A DNA stretch of 24,000 nt from Candidatus Jordarchaeia archaeon (GTDB lineage Archaea; Asgardarchaeota; Jordiarchaeia; Jordiarchaeales; Jordiarchaeaceae), in contig JAHAWU010000018.1 in the NCBI GenBank assembly GCA_018383815.1, positions 1-24,000 of the forward strand. Reading direction: 5' to 3'. The notes under the pieces were generated by a model. It saw only the letters and a list, made by a program, of their open reading frames with translations, was not told where the DNA came from and searched no databases. Position numbers and translations under genes: made by a program. Positions within the stretch are counted from its first letter, which is position 1, and every line of letters starts with the position of its first letter. This document shows, piece after piece, positions 20,811 to 24,000 of the stretch.

Positions 20811-21863
20811 ATGATTGAGCGTGAAAAATTGAGATACGTGAAGCCCATTTTGGAGGGAGACTTTGTAGAGGACAAAAATAATATGATTTTTGATGTGAAG
20901 GGTCTAGTACACCCTCCAAATAGGGTGATAGCCTATCTGAGATATTACCCAGATGCTGAGGGGGAGAGAACTAGAAGGGATGGTCAAAAGTATAGTAAGG
21001 TTTACTCCCTAGAAGATAGGGAAAACTATCTAATTAGATACTTCCCCAGTTATGTATATTTTGATGCCGTGTTTGGCTTGAAGCTTGAGGGTGTTCCAAG
21101 AAGTCAAATAAAAAGGGTTTACAAACCTGTAGATAAGCTTCAAAAATTGTTGGTTGCAGAGTCCTTGGATGATTTGGAGAGGGATACGCTACTCTTTGTG
21201 GAAATTCTCCGAGAAGAATCTAAAATTTCAATAAAAAAAATAGGAGTATCGGGCTCTATTCTAGTTGATTTGGCAAATCCCGAATCAGACGTAGACATAA
21301 TAGTTTATGGCGAAAAAAATTCCCGCAGGGCATACGAGGCGCTGAGAAATCTCTTCAACAACGGCAACACTGCAATAAAACCTTATGGCGAAGAAGGTTT
21401 AAGAAAATTGTACAATTTCAGAGCCAAAGACACACTGATGAGTTACGAAGACTACCTGTTTAGCGAAAAAAGAAAGTGCATCTCGGGTGAAATTAATGGA
21501 AGAGACTTCTTTATGCGGTTTATTAAAGATCCAAGAGAAATACGCGAGAAATACGGAGACACAAAATACGTGTCCCTAAACATTGCCAGAATAGAGGGAA
21601 TAGTCACCGATGATAGTGAATCCATATTTACTCCCTGCAAATACGTCATAAAACATACAAAAACTTTGGAAGGTGAAGCCCCCAAAATTAGCGAGATTGT
21701 GTCCTACCGAGGACGCTTCTGCGACCAGGTCAGGGAAAACGAAAAATTCATTGCCCAAGGAAAAGTCGAGAAAGTAATCACAAAAAGTGAAACATACTAT
21801 AGGTTAATCTTGGGAGGAGGAAGAGAGGACTTTTTAATAGTCAAAAGAAACCATCACAAATAA
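20811..21863 (+). CDS. Pol-beta-superfamily nucleotidyltransferase-domain protein with a C-terminal OB-like beta domain, function unknown (paralog 1)
   Basis: The NTase core is GVSGSILVDLANPESDVDIIVYG (hG[GS]...DxD). It is collinear with the downstream paralog over the full length. It lies 43 nt after mptA on the same strand. Confidence 0.65.
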   Translation: MIEREKLRYVKPILEGDFVEDKNNMIFDVKGLVHPPNRVIAYLRYYPDAEGERTRRDGQKYSKVYSLEDRENYLIRYFPSYVYFDAVFGLKLEGVPRSQIKRVYKPVDKLQKLLVAESLDDLERDTLLFVEILREESKISIKKIGVSGSILVDLANPESDVDIIVYGEKNSRRAYEALRNLFNNGNTAIKPYGEEGLRKLYNFRAKDTLMSYEDYLFSEKRKCISGEINGRDFFMRFIKDPREIREKYGDTKYVSLNIARIEGIVTDDSESIFTPCKYVIKHTKTLEGEAPKISEIVSYRGRFCDQVRENEKFIAQGKVEKVITKSETYYRLILGGGREDFLIVKRNHHK

Positions 21864-21893
21864 CTATTTAAAAAATTTTTAGGAGACTTAAAT

Positions 21894-22931
21894 TTGCGTG
21901 GAGAAAAAGATAGGGACTACCTCAAAACCCTCGAGAACCTATTCTTCTGTGTGATTGGCTACACCCACCCTCCGGACAGATTTTTAGCCTATCTAAAATA
22001 TATGCCGAGTCCCGAAGGAAAATGGGGGAGCGCACAGCGATTCCAAAGAATGTTAAAACAGTATGACGCCAAATCTGTGGCCGAGGGATTCAAACTGTTG
22101 AAAGAGAAATATCCTCACTACCTCTATGAAGACCCAGTAAACAACATCACCATTTCTGCAGTGCCGTCAAACTTTATAGCTGAGAGATACCACCCAGAGG
22201 AAAAAGTGAAGGAACTCATTACGCGTAAAGACCTTGACTCTCTGGAAAAAAAGGCCATTCTGTTAATAGAAACGATATCCAAAGAGAGTGGGGTGCCCCT
22301 AGAGAAATATGGAATAACTGGCTCCATACTCATAAGCATCCACAATCCCAATTTTTCAGACATAGACCTAACCGTCTACGGGAGAGAAAATTCCTTGGCA
22401 ATCAAAGAGGCGGTCCTAGAGCTAAAGAAAAGCGGACTGCTAAAAAGTTTCCAGGGAAAAGAAGCCCAGGAGTGGATTAAAAAGAAGGAGGGAGTATTCC
22501 AACTAGACTCAAAGCAAGCGAGACTCCTCTTGGAAAGAAAGTGGAACATTGGTTTTTACAAAGGAACACGTTTCTCCATCCACCCCATAAAGGAAGAATC
22601 AGAAATCAAAGAAAAATACGGGTTTAAAAAATATAAAAGCAAAGGTTTCACACTACTAGAAGCCACGGTGAAAAACGCCAGCGAATCTCTCTATCTACCA
22701 TGCAAATACGAAATAGACAACGTTAAAGTGATAGAAGGAGAAGGAGCCGAAAACATAAAAGAAGTAGTGTCATACGAAGGAATCTTTTGTCACTTCGCAG
22801 AACAAGGGGAACGAATCAGAACCAGAGGAAAACTAGAGGAAGTAATACCCCAAGAAGGAGGAAAAAATTACCACAGGGTACTCATAGGCTCCCCAGAGGC
22901 TCAAGCAAAAGACTTCATCCACATAATCTAA
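21894..22931 (+). CDS. Pol-beta-superfamily nucleotidyltransferase-domain protein with a C-terminal OB-like beta domain, function unknown (paralog 2)
   Basis: The NTase core is GITGSILISIHNPNFSDIDLTVYG. Blocks shared with paralog 1 are HPPDRFLAYLKYMPSPEG, EIKEKYG, SESLYLPCKYEI, VVSYEGIFC and YHRVLIG. The TTG start lies 30 nt after paralog 1. Confidence 0.65.
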   Translation: MRGEKDRDYLKTLENLFFCVIGYTHPPDRFLAYLKYMPSPEGKWGSAQRFQRMLKQYDAKSVAEGFKLLKEKYPHYLYEDPVNNITISAVPSNFIAERYHPEEKVKELITRKDLDSLEKKAILLIETISKESGVPLEKYGITGSILISIHNPNFSDIDLTVYGRENSLAIKEAVLELKKSGLLKSFQGKEAQEWIKKKEGVFQLDSKQARLLLERKWNIGFYKGTRFSIHPIKEESEIKEKYGFKKYKSKGFTLLEATVKNASESLYLPCKYEIDNVKVIEGEGAENIKEVVSYEGIFCHFAEQGERIRTRGKLEEVIPQEGGKNYHRVLIGSPEAQAKDFIHII

Positions 22932-22965
22932 TTTTGAAAAAATGCGTCGGGAAAAAGAAAACCAA

Positions 22966-23484
22966 TTATTCTTCGATAGTCACTCCATACACTTTGAACT
23001 TTAATTTTTTATAGAGCGTTAGGGCAGGAACATTGTTCTTGAAAACCTTCATTCTAACTTCTTCGATTCCCCGATTCTTAAAATTTCTTAGTAATGTTAA
23101 GAGTAAACTGGTTCCCACCCCCCTTCTACGATACTTTGGCAAAACACCCAACTGAACCGGTAAACCTATTTTTCCCCGAGACTCAAACATTAAAAACCCC
23201 ACAATCTTCCCATCAACCTCAGCAACAAGGGTCTGCTCCAAAGGCCACTTCTCAGCAAAGTCCAAAGTCATAGATATGAAGGGATCAGGACAGTGAGTTA
23301 GACTCTCATTCACTAAATCCACAAATTCCTGCAACTCGTCCTTCCTTATGTTCCGAATTATTATTGATTTACTTATAAGATTAAAAGGCAAATCATCTAG
23401 ATTCGTCCTAGTCATATAATAGTAAATTGTTTCCCTTTTTCCAGACCATTCTATTCTCGCACTTTTTTCTAGTTCCGCCACCAT
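22966..23484 (-). CDS. GNAT family N-acetyltransferase
   Basis: Acetyl-CoA-binding motif A is QLGVLPKYRRRGVGTSLL, followed by the downstream NNVPALTLYKKLKF. The ORF is 172 aa with an ATG start. Confidence 0.85.
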   Translation of the reverse strand: MVAELEKSARIEWSGKRETIYYYMTRTNLDDLPFNLISKSIIIRNIRKDELQEFVDLVNESLTHCPDPFISMTLDFAEKWPLEQTLVAEVDGKIVGFLMFESRGKIGLPVQLGVLPKYRRRGVGTSLLLTLLRNFKNRGIEEVRMKVFKNNVPALTLYKKLKFKVYGVTIEE

Positions 23485-23496
23485 TTTTTCCCTCAG

Positions 23497-24000
23497 CTAG
23501 TGCTCCATAAACTGGCGCATAGGAATCTGCGAAGTAACATAAGTAGCTCTACCAACTTCTACGAAGCAAGCTTTCCTCCTCAATATGTAAATAGTCTCTA
23601 TGTTGCTCTCCAAAACCTCGCAGGTTACCTTTTCCACTTTTTCGGATTCAAAAAAGTCTAACACCCTCTTCAGAAGAGCTGAGCCCACCCCCCTATACCG
23701 GTAATTTTTTAAAACTCCTAGTTCTGCAATGTAGCCCTGCCTACAATTTTCTATATTTGCAACTGCCGTAATAGCCATACCTACCGGGTAACCTCCTATC
23801 TCTGCAACAAAAGAGGTGTGCTTCGGGATTTTTTTAACAAATTCTGCATCCATAGGTGAGAAGTCTTCACACTGAGACATTGTCCTGTTATGGAGCATAG
23901 CTAGAAGTTCTGCGTCTTTCCCCGCATTGTACTCCCTTACATGCACATCCTCGGGAACCTTTATGGCGGGCCTATTCTTCATATCCAGCTCGAAAAGCAC
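23497..24000 (-). CDS. GNAT family N-acetyltransferase (5' end at or beyond the window edge)
   Basis: Motif A is ELGVLKNYRYRGVGSALL. It is paralogous to the adjacent GNAT. The ORF runs to position 24000, so the true start may be the ATG at 23982-23980 or lie outside the window. Confidence 0.8.
   Translation of the reverse strand: MLFELDMKNRPAIKVPEDVHVREYNAGKDAELLAMLHNRTMSQCEDFSPMDAEFVKKIPKHTSFVAEIGGYPVGMAITAVANIENCRQGYIAELGVLKNYRYRGVGSALLKRVLDFFESEKVEKVTCEVLESNIETIYILRRKACFVEVGRATYVTSQIPMRQFMEH

Overview
This is an archaeal chromosomal segment: it carries an archaeal histone, a geranylgeranyl-reductase-family gene and methanopterin-biosynthesis genes. G+C is about 42% in two hand-counted 120-nt samples. 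I support about 21 protein-coding genes and saw no rRNA, tRNA or CRISPR array by eye. All functional calls come from motif recognition by eye, not from database searches. Left third: a hypothetical membrane protein, a GH2 glycosidase, a Cys-rich ORF, a GGR-family reductase, a histone with a short basic N-terminal tail, and a ChlI/ChlD-type AAA+-vWA protein. Middle: a 226-bp MITE-like insertion (21-nt inverted termini, 8-bp target-site duplication, plus a solo terminus at the window edge), a divergent CofD-like protein, an SPFH/stomatin protein, a DUF389 membrane protein, a zinc-ribbon coiled-coil protein, a 461-bp ORF-free region with palindromes, and an endonuclease-IV-like TIM-barrel protein. 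Right third: a translationally coupled tetrahydromethanopterin (H4MPT) biosynthesis operon (RFAP synthase, DUF1464 ASKHA protein, DmrX-like flavoprotein, DHPS-like pterin enzyme, MptA). The operon runs on into two tandem paralogous nucleotidyltransferase/OB-like proteins of unknown function, and two tandem GNAT genes converge on it. The most interesting points are the uncharacterised operon members as candidates for unassigned H4MPT steps, the MITE, and a patchy switch between A/C-ending and G/T-ending codon regimes inside genes.
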